From: Octopus sinensis
Lineage: Eukaryota
Assembly: GCF_006345805.1 (NCBI RefSeq)
Contig: NC_043001.1
Location: 98,394,001-98,458,000, forward strand
DNA length: 64,000 bases
Direction: 5' to 3'
Positions 25,637 through 38,256 of the stretch are shown piece by piece. The stretch's first letter is position 1, and every line of letters starts with the position of its first letter. The notes beneath the pieces are model-generated. The model did no database searches. It saw only the letters and a program-made list of their open reading frames with translations, and had not been told where the DNA came from. Position numbers and translations under genes: made by a program.

Positions 25637-26882
25637 TGCTTTTTTTTTTTCAGTCATAGAGTTAGATTTATGAAGGTCTTCAGTAGAAAATCCTTCGAAT
25701 TCTGACTCGCTGCTTGATATAATGAAATTCGTATCCATTTTTTGTCAGAATTACAAATTTTGAAAACACAATAGGAACAAATTTCGGAAAAAAATCTCCC
25801 ATAATTCACGGAATTAAAATTACACTTCGATTTTTGTACAAAACTGTATTTGAAGTGTTTACGAAGTATAATACGTGTTTTCACGAATGTACTAAAGAGA
25901 TTTACTCTGATATTCTCATTTAAATATGAATAGGTAAATTCGGGCGGTTTGGTAACAAAAGGGTTTATATAAGTGTCGTTGTTTTTTTATACTAAACACT
26001 GTTTCATACTTTCAGTTTAGTCTTCCTCAAATCACCCTGTCGCTATTTACTCTCTTCCAAGAACATTTTCACTCACTCTTATCTGTTAGCTTGCCATACA
26101 TTTTACTCATGTATCTATCAGCGTGATAGACAGAAACAAATATTACATCTAGTTTCACTTTATTCGTTGCACACTGTGTGTGTGCGTTTGCGTGTGCTGT
26201 AAACCAGACTAAGAAAAGCATTTGACATACACACCAGAATGTGAGTTTTCTGTAAATTTTGCTTAATTGGAGTTTAAATTCTAAAAACTGGACCTGGCAA
26301 AACCCGATGCATTCTACTCTTAAATATGCTAGGTAAATTGTAATTGAAGAAATCCTATAAAACTGAGACTCATTACTGACGACACTCCCAATCATGTTCA
26401 CCATTCATTGGATTTATCTCTATCCTGATCTTTAACCATCAGTCATTCTCCTTTCACATACTCTCCAACTAATGCATCCACACTTCCAGATCCTCTGACC
26501 ATATTCTGCCTTACTTTCACTTTCTTCTTCTACCTCGAGGGTACACTCTGACACCTCATCACCACTATTTTTATCTCTGGCAACTGAACTACACACATAT
26601 ATTCTTTTATTCTCTTATTTGTTTCAGTCATTTGACTGTGGCCATGCTGGAACACCACCTTGAAGGGCTTTTATTCAAAGAAATCAACCCTGGAAATTAT
26701 TCTTTGTAAGCCTAATACTTATTGTATCATTCTGTTTGCTGAACTGCTAAATTACAGGGACATAAACACACCAACATCAGTTGTTAAGAGAAGGTGGGGA
26801 AATGAACACTGACACACACACATAAATATATATACACACACACACAAACGTGTATATAGTTATGATATATTCTATTAAGACT

Positions 26883-27138
26883 AAGATGGAGTACTGTATA
26901 TAGCTCATCCACCTTCAGATTTCACGTTGTGCTATCCAGTAGTAGTAATATACGTACTACTAGATTTGCATTTGGGCTTCTGTAGTATGTGAATAGATAA
27001 CTGAATATGTTGGACAGGGTGAAATCTGAAGGTGGACAAGTTTTATACTGTACTCCATCTTATTCAATTAACTATTCACCCACTACAGAAGCACAAACAT
27101 AAAACCTGGAAGTACGCATAATATTACTACTGGATAGC
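26883..27138. repeat. Interleaved inverted repeats A-B-A'-B'
   Basis: A 26883-26925 pairs with 27019-27061; B 26930-27007 pairs with 27061-27138. Confidence 0.8.
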
Positions 27139-27179
27139 AAAGTTGGTTGATTTCAGTTGTCGGCAACAAATGAATTTAA

Positions 27180-27464
27180 GGTGCTACTTAAGAAGGGTGA
27201 TCCCGAGTCGTGACTAGTCGATCCTTACTTTGTGTTTTTGTGTTCTATTTACTTTGTTTATAAAAATTATTTACGTTGTGTTTTTGTGTTTTATATACTT
27301 TTCTTTAAAAAAATTATTTACTTTGTGTAAAAAAAAATATATTTATTTTGTGTTTTATTTACTTTGCTAGGTAGTCGTTGTAGGATCGACTAGTCACGAC
27401 TAGCTAGCGCGGATGCACGACTACGCGAGTGCACGCACCGGGACCAATCTTCTTAAGTAGTACC
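27180..27464. mobile_element. MITE with GGTRCTAC termini (related copy 29880-30117)
   Basis: TIR ggtgctacttaagaag / cttcttaagtagtacc; shared gtcgttgtaggatcgac block. Confidence 0.65.
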
Positions 27465-27470
27465 TGAATG

Positions 27471-27953
27471 GGATCTTTTCACTTTGACTGGCAGATTTTA
27501 AAAATAATTTCTTTGTAACTAAACACTTTTAAACTTCGTATACTGGTAGAATTTGTTTATAAAACATCTTTTTCCCTTGGCTTTCTTGAGAAAATTCTGT
27601 AGTTTGTAATCTATTTGTTGTTTAATTTCTTGCATTTCGGTAATTTCAACCAATCAATGACGTCTATTGAGGTGAATACAATTTCTGTCGTAATGTGTCA
27701 ACAACAATTATTTGCGGTGTCATATGAATTTGTTACTGTTATTTATGAGAAAAAAAATACCTTGTGGCCATAAACTGAGGGGTCACTCGTAAACAGAGCT
27801 GGATAAAAAAAACCGTCCCCTCTTTAGTATCCACCCATAATTATTAAGAGAAAAAGATGTTTTATAAACACATTCTACCAGTTTACGATGTTTAAAAGTG
27901 TTTAGTTACAAAGAAATTATTAAAAAAATCTGCTGGTCAAAGCGAAAAGATCC
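27471..27953. mobile_element. hAT-type MITE with long TIRs (same GGATC family; another copy 28043-28470)
   Basis: About 110-bp inverted arms; TSD cctgaat(g/t) matches at 7 of 8. Confidence 0.8.
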
Positions 27954-28840
27954 CCTGAATTTAACACAAAAATACAGATATGGATAAAATAAAAATTTGA
28001 AATTTTCTCGCCCCCCCCTCCACTACCACAAGAAGATTTATCGGATCTTTTCGGTTTGAATAGCAGTTTTCTAAAATAATTTCCACGTAACTAAACACTT
28101 TTAATCTTCGTATACTGGTAGAATGTGTTTATAAAACATCTTTTTCTCTTGGCTTTATTAAGAAAATTCTATAGTTTGTAAGGTATTTGTTGTTTTTTCT
28201 TCAATTTCTGCAATTTCAACCAATCAATGACGTCTATTGAAGTGAAAACATTCTGTGCCGTATGAATATGTCCCTCGTTTAAGAAACAGATTGGGTTTAT
28301 TTACATTTATGAAGAAAAAAGATACCCTTCCCCCCATCCCTAATTAACTCTAACTAACCCTAACCCTAAAACAGATTGAAATGTAATAGATCGATACTAG
28401 GGTCATAATTATGGGTGACAATTTCATATGACACCGCTAGAAAAAAATGCCGTTCAAACCGAAAAGATCTCATCTTTCTTTTTCTGTATCAATCTTCCCT
28501 TAATTAACACGTACACATCACCAAGTTCATCTTTAAGTGTCTTCACCTGCTCCTCCGACAACACCACCTCCATCTCCCCAACCCATCCCATCCATCTGGC
28601 ATTTCTACCTTTCCCCAGTCCTTTAATCTTTCACCACAAGAAGATTTACCTGCCTTGTAAGCAAGTCTGAAAGTATTCACCTGTCAACGGAAGTAGTTTT
28701 CTTTTGTGTAAGTCCACCAGAGTCATCTCCCTTATAAAAACACGCGGTACACATGGCCTACACGGAGCAATGACACAAACAGTGAAGAAATTATATTTAA
28801 AAACAATATATGTATACAAAAAGAAATTTGATTTGCATCA

Positions 28841-29108
28841 ATGGCTCTAGTATTCGCTGTAAGATCTACAAAATATTTTCGAATTGCCATTACTGTATCT
28901 AAACTATATCATCGTCATATTTCTTGTTTAAACACGCTTTATCATAGTCCTCATCGATCGTCTGCTGATATATATTATTTACCATGTCGTTGGAAGAATA
29001 CCGGCCAAAACAAGGATTTAAGTTCTTTATTCCATCCTCTGAGAGCTTCTCCGGTGAATAAAGATAGTGACAATATCGGGGCCGAACTCAGTGGAACACT
29101 TAATAAAG
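28841..29108 (+). CDS. SUPV3L1: SUV3 exon 1 (mitochondrial targeting peptide; ...DLSSLFHPLRASPVNKDSDNIGAELSGTLNK)
   Basis: ATG at 28841; basic/hydroxylated N-terminus; SLF.PL...D.IGAEL motif as in SUV3; phase-1 end at AAG|gcaagt (GC donor). Confidence 0.88.
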
Positions 29109-30829
29109 GCAAGTATGTGACCTTCGTGTATAAATGTAATAATATTCGGTAATTAGCAAAATACACGGTACCCGGTTTAACATGACAACCTGGTATCTTG
29201 GATAATTTCAGCTGAGTTTACTTTTTTGCAGGCTTTCGGATTAAATTTCCTTGTTCCACCCTCACCTACATTTTGTCTGCACTCTTTCAGGTTTGGTTTT
29301 GGCCCCTTTAAGCTTATATATCTAGGGAAGCTTGTAAAGGTCATGTTCACGAACTTATAAACAAAGAAAAAATTTTTATATTTGAGAACAAACGGCCCGA
29401 CCTCACAGTAAATCTCATATCTAGTTTTAATCTTGTTTCCATTGAATATATTTTGTATTATTTTCAGCATCGAAAAAATTGTATATATACGTGTTATTTC
29501 TATTTCATATTACTCATATTCATTGTGTACAAGTTACATGTCGAGGAAATAAAATCTGGCAAATATTATAGTCTACTCGGTCATAAATTATTTCAGCCGA
29601 TAGCTTGGGGTCCCCCTGTTTTAAGTTTATTTCAGAACTTGGTTTCAAAATGTTGGCGGTGTTGGGTCAGCCCTTACGTCTACAAGGCTGAGGGGACAAC
29701 ACCGCAAATGTGGTTTCTGGTGCTGCTGTCAAAATAAATTATTAGCTATGTCCCGTATATTTAATAATCATTTGTACAGAGTGATAAGAAGAAAAGACAT
29801 CATACATGTATGCATGATATATAGTCAGTGAGAAGTAAACTATGTTGTCATTTTGTCACGTAAAGGATATCTTATTATTGTACTACTAGCGAACAGTGGT
29901 CCCGGTGCACGCACTCGCGCATCCGCGCTAGCTAGTCGTAAGTAGTCGATCCTACAACGACTTGCGCGTATGTTTGTATTTCAAGGCTGAATACAAGATC
30001 GCCTATTAGTTTTATAAACAAACTAAGGTTAGGGTTAGGTTTAGGGTTAAAAAGTCGTTGTAGGATCGACTAACTAGCGCGAGTGCACGCACCGGGACCA
30101 CTGTTCGCTAGTAGTACCTCCTATTATTTAGTTTTAAGTATTAATAAAATCCATGTATTTACGTATATGTCACCAGTCGGAGATGAGGAAGTAATTTTCG
30201 GCAAGGTAGCAACTTATCCTTACATCTTCTTATATCGAGAAGAGCGATTATCTCATATTGAATGTGAAGGTTGATGTTTGCGGTTTATATACTGCGACCT
30301 ATATTTTTCAGGGTCGAAAGAACTCGTGTATCGTGTCTTTGAAATACGATTTCCGGTGTACCGGTGGAATTTGATGAATATGGTTCTGTGATTTGGGTTG
30401 AGTCTTCGTTGAAATCATGTTATTCGATATTAAAGTTCTTGTTTCCCTGTTTTCGTAGAGGTCATATCTAAGTATTAAGATATTTCGTAGAAGTCATATC
30501 TAAGTATTAAGATATTACGGAACGTTGATAGGTAGTGGTCACCCATACTAAAAGTCAATATGAAAATTAAGCTTATTGATTTCTTTTAATGAAGTGTTAT
30601 ATCGGGGAAAGTTAGGCGAGTTTCGTTTAGCGTTAGAACGGGTCTCCTCGAGAAGATCGATGAACAAGGCGTTTGGACATGGCAGTCAGGTTTTTTTTTT
30701 TTTTTTTTATCATACACTGTAGGATAACATACATACACACAAAGATCACACACACACATATCTGTGTGATCTTTGTGTGTGTATGTGTTATCCTACAGTG
30801 ATTCTCTGGATCATCTCTGATGAAACCAA

Positions 30830-31468
30830 TACTCATCCTAGGTTAAGAAATGTTCAAGAAAACCAGCTGGATCTGTCTGAAACAGTGTCACATTTTCCTG
30901 TGATGTGATCAGCCTGGTGTGCTTTTGAAGACATGGCACCCACCAAGCAGAAACCTTCCTCATGCCAAGTTCATTGTGCAGAATATTATCACTTCTTTCA
31001 TGGGGTATGCTCTTTCATGACTATTTGATTTTATAATCAATTGTCTGTCATCTATCCCCATGTGGTGAACATGATCGAGGTTTCCCTTGGTGGTGACAGT
31101 TGCAGGATGTCCAGACATTCGGTCATCTTCAAGACTTACCCTTCTCCTAAATTCAGCTGCTCACTTTTGCACTGTTGAGAAAACTGGAGCATCATTCCCT
31201 AACATTGCAAAAATGTTAGCATGATTGTTATTGAGGGGCTAAACCCTTTTCTGCAGGTATTTCATAACAGCATGATGCCAAATTTTATCCATTTTCAAGA
31301 GGTGTCACTACTAGTTACTAATTACATTTGAAGTCGTCTTTGAACAGTCTACCTAGAAAGAAACCCTGCAGTTATTAATAAGAAGGGTTGAAATTAATGC
31401 ATACAAGATTTCACGGCTCTAGCATCACTCCTTCTTAGTCAGCCTATGAACTTTCCTGACAACCCTCG
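30830..31468 (-). mobile_element. Degenerate mariner remnant
   Basis: TIR-like cacgagggttgtcaggaaagttc and broken N-terminal transposase reading. Confidence 0.55.
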
Positions 31469-31648
31469 TGTGTGTGTGTTTATGGTGGTGTGTTTATGTC
31501 CCCGTAACTTAGTAGTTTGGCATAAGAGACCGATAGAATAAGTACTAGGCTTACAAAGAATAAGTCCTGAGGTCGATTTCCTCGACTACAGTTGGTGCTC
31601 CAGCATGGCTGCAGTTAAATGACTGAAACAAGGAAAAGAGTAAAAAGA

Positions 31649-31686
<38 letters not shown>

Positions 31687-31786
31687 TTAATTCAAACATG
31701 AAAATACAAAGAGAAAACACAACAACGCGAGGACGTGGAACAAATAAAGTATTATTGGACGCTCAGGAAGGAAGGGAAGAAGGAGG

Positions 31787-31821
31787 GTTTAACGTTTCGA
31801 GCGGAGCTCTTCATCAGAAAC
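31787..31821 (-). ncRNA. Minimal type I hammerhead ribozyme motif in a Penelope-type repeat
   Basis: Minus strand reads GUUU-CUGAUGA-A-GAGC UCC GCUC-GAAA-CG-UU-AAAC: intact core boxes, 4-bp stems I and II, palindromic ACGU stem III. Confidence 0.6.
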
Positions 31822-31888
31822 ATAGGAAAAGGAAAGATCCAGAGAAGGGAAGACGGAGGGAAAAAAATCGCCAACGGTACACACGCGG

Positions 31889-32548
31889 TCATGAGGGGGT
31901 AACCAAAAGAAACCGAAAGTTTGCAATATTTTGTTCCCCTAGATTTACGTGTTTACACTTTTATCGCCTTCAAAGTATTCTCCATTTGAAGCAATGCATT
32001 GATCCAGATGTATTTTTCCACTGTTCAAAGCAGTGATGGAACTCTTTTGAAGTGATGCCTTTTAATGCCTCCATTGTTTTTTTCTTCACCTCTTCCACAT
32101 CGAAAAAAGGCCTGGATCAACTTTTCAACTGTTCTTTCAGTTCACAACACACATTCAGTCGTGACTGCTTTTGATCTTTCATGAGCAAGTGAGGCACAAA
32201 TTTTGCTGTAACTTTATTCATTCACAATCCTTCACTCAAACCTCGTTAGCAGGAGCTCCAGCACACATCAGCCATATCAACACATTCTCCAATTTTTCAG
32301 CGACTGTCTTTCAGATCAAATCATGAATTTTCATTGTTTTTATTCATTCAGGAGGTCGACCATCGCCCTGAATGAAGTTGGTCCTCAAGTGACAAATGAC
32401 CATTTCTAAAGCATAAAAACCACTCATAAACTTTGTTTTGCTTGTGCCTGAGGGTTATATTAAGTGGCTTCTAGTGGTGAATGCTTGAACTACAATGGGC
32501 TTGTCCCACAGAGAATGTTTCTGGTTACTTTTGGGCACCCCGTCATAC

Positions 32549-32549
<1 letters not shown>
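31889..32549 (-). mobile_element. Internally deleted mariner
   Basis: TIR pair gagggggtaaccaaaagaaacc / ctggttacttttgggcacccc; transposase-like pieces (AAKFVPHLL). Confidence 0.6.
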
Positions 32550-32598
<49 letters not shown>

Positions 32599-32674
32599 TA
32601 TGGAGATGTACCTGCATAGCAAGTGATCTAATCTGAGATCGTGTGCTGGAATGAAAACAATAGCAGCCTGGAAA

Positions 32675-32917
32675 GTGTTTATAAGCCATTTAAGAAACAC
32701 ACAAAAACTGTTAGATTCGTTTCAACATTAAATTTATCAAAATATTTTTGTTGCTTTGAGACCGTGACATGTTCACTGACAAAATTCGGTGCTGCACAGA
32801 ATTTTGTCAGTGAACAGGTCATGGTCTCAAAGCGACAAAAATATTTTGATAAATTAAATTTAAATGTTGAAGTGAATCTAACGGTTTTTGTGTGTTTCTT
32901 AAATGGCTTATAAACAC
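32675..32917. repeat. 243-bp foldback palindrome (arm related to 8775-8890)
   Basis: Arms of about 115 bp in near-perfect inversion around a short loop near 32796. Confidence 0.9.
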
Positions 32918-33767
32918 CTTCAAAGCTGGCCTCCGTGCCAATGGCACATAAAAAGCACCATTCGACCGTGATCGTTACCTGCATCACCTTACTGGCACCT
33001 GAAAAAACATTCGAGCGAGGTCATTGCTGGTGCCGCTAGACTGGCCCCTGTGCAGGTGGCATGTAAAAAACACTACTTGAGCGTAACCGTTACCTGTACC
33101 ACCTAACTGGCCCTTGTGCTGGTGGCACGTAAAAGCACCCGCTACATTCTTGGAGTGGTTGGCATTAGGAAGGGCATCCAGCTGTAGAAACTCCCAGATC
33201 AGATTGGAGTCTGGTGCAGCCATCTGGTTCTCCAGTCCTCAGTCAAATTGTCCAACCCACGTTAGCATGGAAAGCGGATGTTAAACGATAATGATGATGA
33301 TATATGGTTAGATAGATAGATAGATATCCTTATCATCACCATTTTGACATCCACTTTTCTCTGTTTGTGTAGTTTGGATAGAGTTTTTTTACAGCCAGAT
33401 ACGTTTGCTGTTGCAACCCTCACCTGTTTCCAAGTTAGGTAATATTTCCCATGGCCAGGAGGTACACACACACATAAACGAGGGAGTTCTTTCAATTTCC
33501 ATGTACCCAGTCCACTCAAAAGGCTTTGCCCAACCTAGAGCTGATGTAGAAGGCACTTGCTCAAGATGTCATGCAGTGGGATTGAACCCAAAACCATGCA
33601 TTTGGGAAGCAAACTTCTTACCACACAGCCATGCCTGTTCATGTGCATCCACACATACACACACACAAGTAAATGGCAGAATTTGTAGAGCATCAGACAC
33701 AATATATTATGATATTTAGTTGTGTTCTGAGTTACTTGTTAACATTTTTACCGTCTTTTATTTTCAG

Positions 33768-33845
33768 CCGACTTATTGCAATTGTTAAATACATTTTATC
33801 AGAAGCCTGAAATCCGAGCTCTTGCTGCTGAGAAGGGATTAGACA
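33768..33845 (+). CDS. SUPV3L1: SUV3 exon 2 (ADLLQLLNTFYQKPEIRALAAEKGLD)
   Basis: ttttcag acceptor, gtaagt donor, 78 nt, phase 1-1. Confidence 0.93.
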
Positions 33846-33884
33846 GTAAGTATTCGTCTTTCTTTTTAACTACATTTTCATCAT

Positions 33885-34220
33885 CATCATCATCGTTTAA
33901 TGTCCGCTTTCCATGCTAGCATGGGTTGGACGATTTGACTGAGGACTGGCGAACCAGATGGCTGCACCAGGCTCCAATCTTGATCTGGCAGAGTTTCTAC
34001 AGCTGGATGCCCTTCCAAACGCCAACAAATCCAAGAGTGTAGGGAGTGCTTTTACGTGCCATTGGCATGAGTGCCAGTCAGGCGGTACTGGCAACAGCCA
34101 CAAAAAAATCTTTTTTTTTTATTTTACGTGTCACCTGCACACCGTCACAAGTGCCAGTAAGACGACACTGGTAATGATCACGCTCGATTGGTGGCTTTTA
34201 AGTGCCACCGGCACATGAAA
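33885..34220 (-). mobile_element. Short RTE-tail element (5'-truncated LINE or LINE-tailed SINE; others about 32920-33300, 37300-37680, 40100-40240, 41045-41745, 44200-44425, 48270-48600, 49490-49650, 50220-50680, 52380-52560)
   Basis: Shares the catcatcatcgtttaacgtccgctttccatgctagcatggg end with the RTE at 55392. Confidence 0.8.
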
Positions 34221-34599
34221 TAAACATCAGAGATGCTTTGCCCCACACTGAAGCTGCAGGAATTACTCAGAGATTTTGCATGTTCTAAATTCATTGCAAT
34301 GCTGGTAACACTTTTGTGTTGTCAGGAGGTGTCTCTGAGCCATGTGCCTGTGAAGGCACAAGACTCAGTGTTTAGCGCATTGGGATCACATTCCGGGGGT
34401 AGTGAAATCAATTCCCAGACCAGGCTGTGTGTTGTATTTTTGAGCAAGACACTTTATTTCACGTTGCTCCAGTTCACTCACCTGTAGAAATGAGTTGTGA
34501 TGTCATTAGTGCCAAACTGTATCGGCTGGTAGTGGGGAGAAGTTACAGTTCTTCCTTGTTGCAAAAATGTATAATGGAAAAGCCTCCTGTTGCAAAAAT

Positions 34600-35720
34600 G
34601 AATAATGAATAACCCCCTTTGTTGACCACCATACAGTGACCATCAACGTTTTAAGGGTGCAATGATGGTTTTGCGTAGTGGTTTGGTGACTCTCCTGCTT
34701 CTAACCACTGTCCTGTCCTCCTGCTGTTATCAAAGAGTATCCATTTCTCATCACACGAAATGAGTTGATACAAAAACGGTTCCCTTTCCAACCGGAAAAT
34801 CAACATGGAACACACTGTAAGGCATCTGTTTCTTTGAGTCTCATGAAGTTGATGGGGAACAAACCTATCCATCTTTTTGACTTTTCCAATTTTCTTCAAG
34901 CATCAAAAAGCAGTTGTTGATGATGTCTGGAGCTCTGATCCAATTTCTCGGACAGTTGTTTCTCACATTTTGGTCTCCCTCTTGATTCATTTTTAAGGCT
35001 TTCATTTCCTGAATGAAATCTTTGGAACCATCTCTGAACAGTTCTAATGTCAACAGAATCATTGCCAAAAGAAGGCGGCAAGCTGGCAGAAATGTTAGCA
35101 CGCCGGGCGAAATTCTTAGTGGTATTTCGTCTGCTGCTAAGTTCTGAGTTCAAATTCTGCCATGGTTGACTTTGCCTTTCATCCTTTCGGGGTCGATTAA
35201 ATAAGTACCAGTTACGCACTGGGATTGATGTAATCGACTTAATCCGTTTGTCTGTCCTTGTTTGTCCTCTCTGTGTTTAGCCCCTTGTGGGTAATAAAGA
35301 AATAGGTATTTCGTCTGCTGCTACGTTCTGAGTTCAAATTCTGCCAAGGTTGACTTTGCCTTTCATCCTTTTGGGGTCGATTAAATAAGTACCAGTTATG
35401 CACTGGGGCCGATGTAATCGACTTAATCCGTTTGTCTGTCCTTGTTTGTCCCCTCTGTGTGTAGCCCCTTGTGGGCAGTAAAGAAATAAGAATCATTGCC
35501 AAAAGCCCACTTGATGTTTTGTAGAGCTTCAGTGGCAGAGTGACCCAACTTGTCGTACAAGAAAATCACTCTGTATTGTTCAGTTATCAACATTGTCATA
35601 AGAGCTGTGGGTTGCAATTCTGAATAATAGTATTGCCTAGAAAGGAAAAGAGTTAAGCATATACATAGAAACTCATTAAAAATCCATTTAAAATATGACA
35701 TTTCATGTGAGACAATCTAA
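34600..35720 (-). mobile_element. Mariner fossil split by a dimeric SINE (35072-35488)
   Basis: FVPHQL and CDEKWILFDN motifs; 17-bp TSD AGAATCATTGCCAAAAG at 35055 and 35489. Confidence 0.85.
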
Positions 35721-35963
35721 TAATTGTTTAATTATTTAATTGATTACTCTTTTACTTGTTTCAGTCATTTGATCGTGGCCATGCTGGAGCACCACCTTTA
35801 GTCGAGCAAATCGACCCCAGGACTTATTCTTTATAAGCCTAGTACTTATCTACTTATTCTATCGGTCTCTTTTGCCGAACTGCTAAGTTACGGGGGACGT
35901 TAAACACACCAACATCAGTCGTTGAGCGATGTTGGGGGGACAAGCACAGATACACAAACATAT

Positions 35964-36007
<44 letters not shown>

Positions 36008-37047
36008 TATATCATCATCGTCATCATCATCATTTAACGTCCGTTTTTCCATGCTAGCATGGGTTGGACGATTCGACCGGGGTCTGGTAAGCCATGGAGT
36101 CTGCTCCAGTCTGGTTTGGCAGTGTTTCTACGGAAAGGCATCCAGTTGTAGAAACACTGCCAAACCAGACTGGAGCCTGATGCAGCCTCCATGGCTTACC
36201 AGACCCCGGTCGAACCGTCCAACCCATGCTAGCATGGAATACAGGTGTTAATGATGATGATGATATATATATATATATATATATACATACATACATACAT
36301 ACATATGTACAACGGGCTTCTTTCAGTTTCCATCTACCAAATCCACTCATGAGGCTTTGGTCTGCCCAAGGCTATAGTAGAAGACACTTGCCTAAGGTGC
36401 CACACAGTGGGACTGAACCTGAAACTGTGTAGTTCGTAAGCAAGCTACTTACCACACAGCCACTCTTATACCTAGGTAAATAAAAAGTTTTCTATTGATG
36501 GCATGAACCTGCCAAAACACAAAAACATGATTTATCAATTTGCTTTCACATACAATAAGAACCTTGCAAAACAAAAATAATAATAGGCGCAGGAGTGGCT
36601 GTGTGGTAAGTAGCTTGCTAACCAACCACATGGTTCCGGGTTCAGTCCCACTGTGTGGCATCTTGGGCAAGTGTCTTCTGCTATAGCCCCGGGCCGACCA
36701 ATGCCTTGTGAGTGGATTTGGTAGACGGAAACTGAAAGAAGCCCGTCGTATATATGTATGTATATATATATATGTGTGTGTGTGTACGTGTTGTATGTCT
36801 GTGTTTGTCCCCCTAGCATTGCTTGACAACCGATGCTGGTGTGTTTACGTCCCCGTCACTTAGCGGTTCGGCAAAAGAGACCGATAGAATAAGTACTGGG
36901 CTTACAAAGAATAAGTCCCGGGGTCGATTTGCTCGACTAAAGGCGGTGCTCCAGCATGGCCGCAGTCAAATGACTGAAACAAGTAAAAGAGTAAAAGAGA
37001 GAATAATAAAAAATATTGATTTTTCATTTTAATCTTTCTCATTTTAG

Positions 37048-37155
37048 GAAAACTTTTCCATGAAGCTTACATCAGTTTCCGACAGTTTTGTTCGGTGCTT
37101 CAAAACTTGAATGCAGACCTTTACATCATTATGAATGACATCATTCATGGCGCAG
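37048..37155 (+). CDS. SUPV3L1: SUV3 exon 3 (RKLFHEAYISFRQFCSVLQNLNADLYIIMNDIIHGA)
   Basis: attttag acceptor, gtatct donor, 108 nt, phase 1-1; LFHxAxISFR motif. Confidence 0.95.
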
Positions 37156-38141
37156 GTATCTCATTAATTTTCTTACGTCTAGCCCAGGCCTGCGCAAAAC
37201 TAATTTTATGTGCAATTCCATTGTCTCCCGAGACGAAAGGATGCCAACAACAACAATATCATAATGGTCATTGATGTTGTTATGAGTGTTAATCATCATC
37301 ATCATCATCATCATCGTTTAGCGTCCGCTTTCCATGCTAGCATGGTTGGACGTTCAACTGGGGTCTGGAAAGCCAGAAGGCTGCACCAGACTCCAGTCTG
37401 ATCTGGCAGTGTTTCTACAGCTGGATGCCCTTCCTAATGCCAACCACTCCGTGTGTGTAATGGGTGCTTTTTACGTGCCACTGGCACATGTGCCAGATGA
37501 GGCTGGCAAATGGCCATGATCGGATGGTGCTTTTTACGTGCCACCGGCATGGAGGCCAGGTGAGGCTGGCAGCGGCCACGATTGGATGGTGCTTTTTACA
37601 TGCCACCGGCACAGAAGCCAGACGAGGCTGGCAACGGCCACGATCGGATGGTGCTTTTTACGTGCCACCAGCACGGAGTTCTATGGTGATTAATTATGCT
37701 ATGGCATAAGCCATAGCATAATTAGCATATCATTATAGTTCTGAGATAAAGAAATTTGCTCTCCCAACCATATGGTTTTGGATTCAGTTGCATGGTGTGG
37801 CATCTTGGATATGGCTCCGGACCCAAAGACTAATAATTAGATTTTGTACATGGTGTGTGTGGTGGGGTTTTCTCTGTCTTGACATTTTATGATAGTTATA
37901 AATGACTGTCACCATGCTCCATTTGTGATCATCTGTGAAAGCATGTCTAGCTATGGTGAAACATTACCTTGTTAGGAAATGGGTGAGGATTAGCAACAGG
38001 AAGGGCATCTGGCCATAGAAAATCTGCTGCTACTGTTTGACATTGAGGTTTATTATTGGCATTATGACTATTGATATCATTGTAGGCTTTTTTTTTATTA
38101 TTCTAATTAATATCAGTTCATTGTGTGTTTCTTAATTTCAG

Positions 38142-38256
38142 GTCACGTTAACGATATCTTCCCATATTTCCTGCAACATGCTCGAGAAGTGTTCCCGCAT
38201 CTTGTTTGCATGGACGATCTGAAAAAAATCAGTGATCTCAGGCTACCAGCCAACTG
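38142..38256 (+). CDS. SUPV3L1: SUV3 exon 4 ([39 protein letters not shown])
   Basis: tttcag acceptor, gtatgt donor, 115 nt; [13 protein letters not shown] motif. Confidence 0.96.

Noticed and set aside
29177-29470. 97-aa antisense ORF in SUV3 intron 1
   Set aside because: No recognisable motif or splice/poly(A) support; probably chance.
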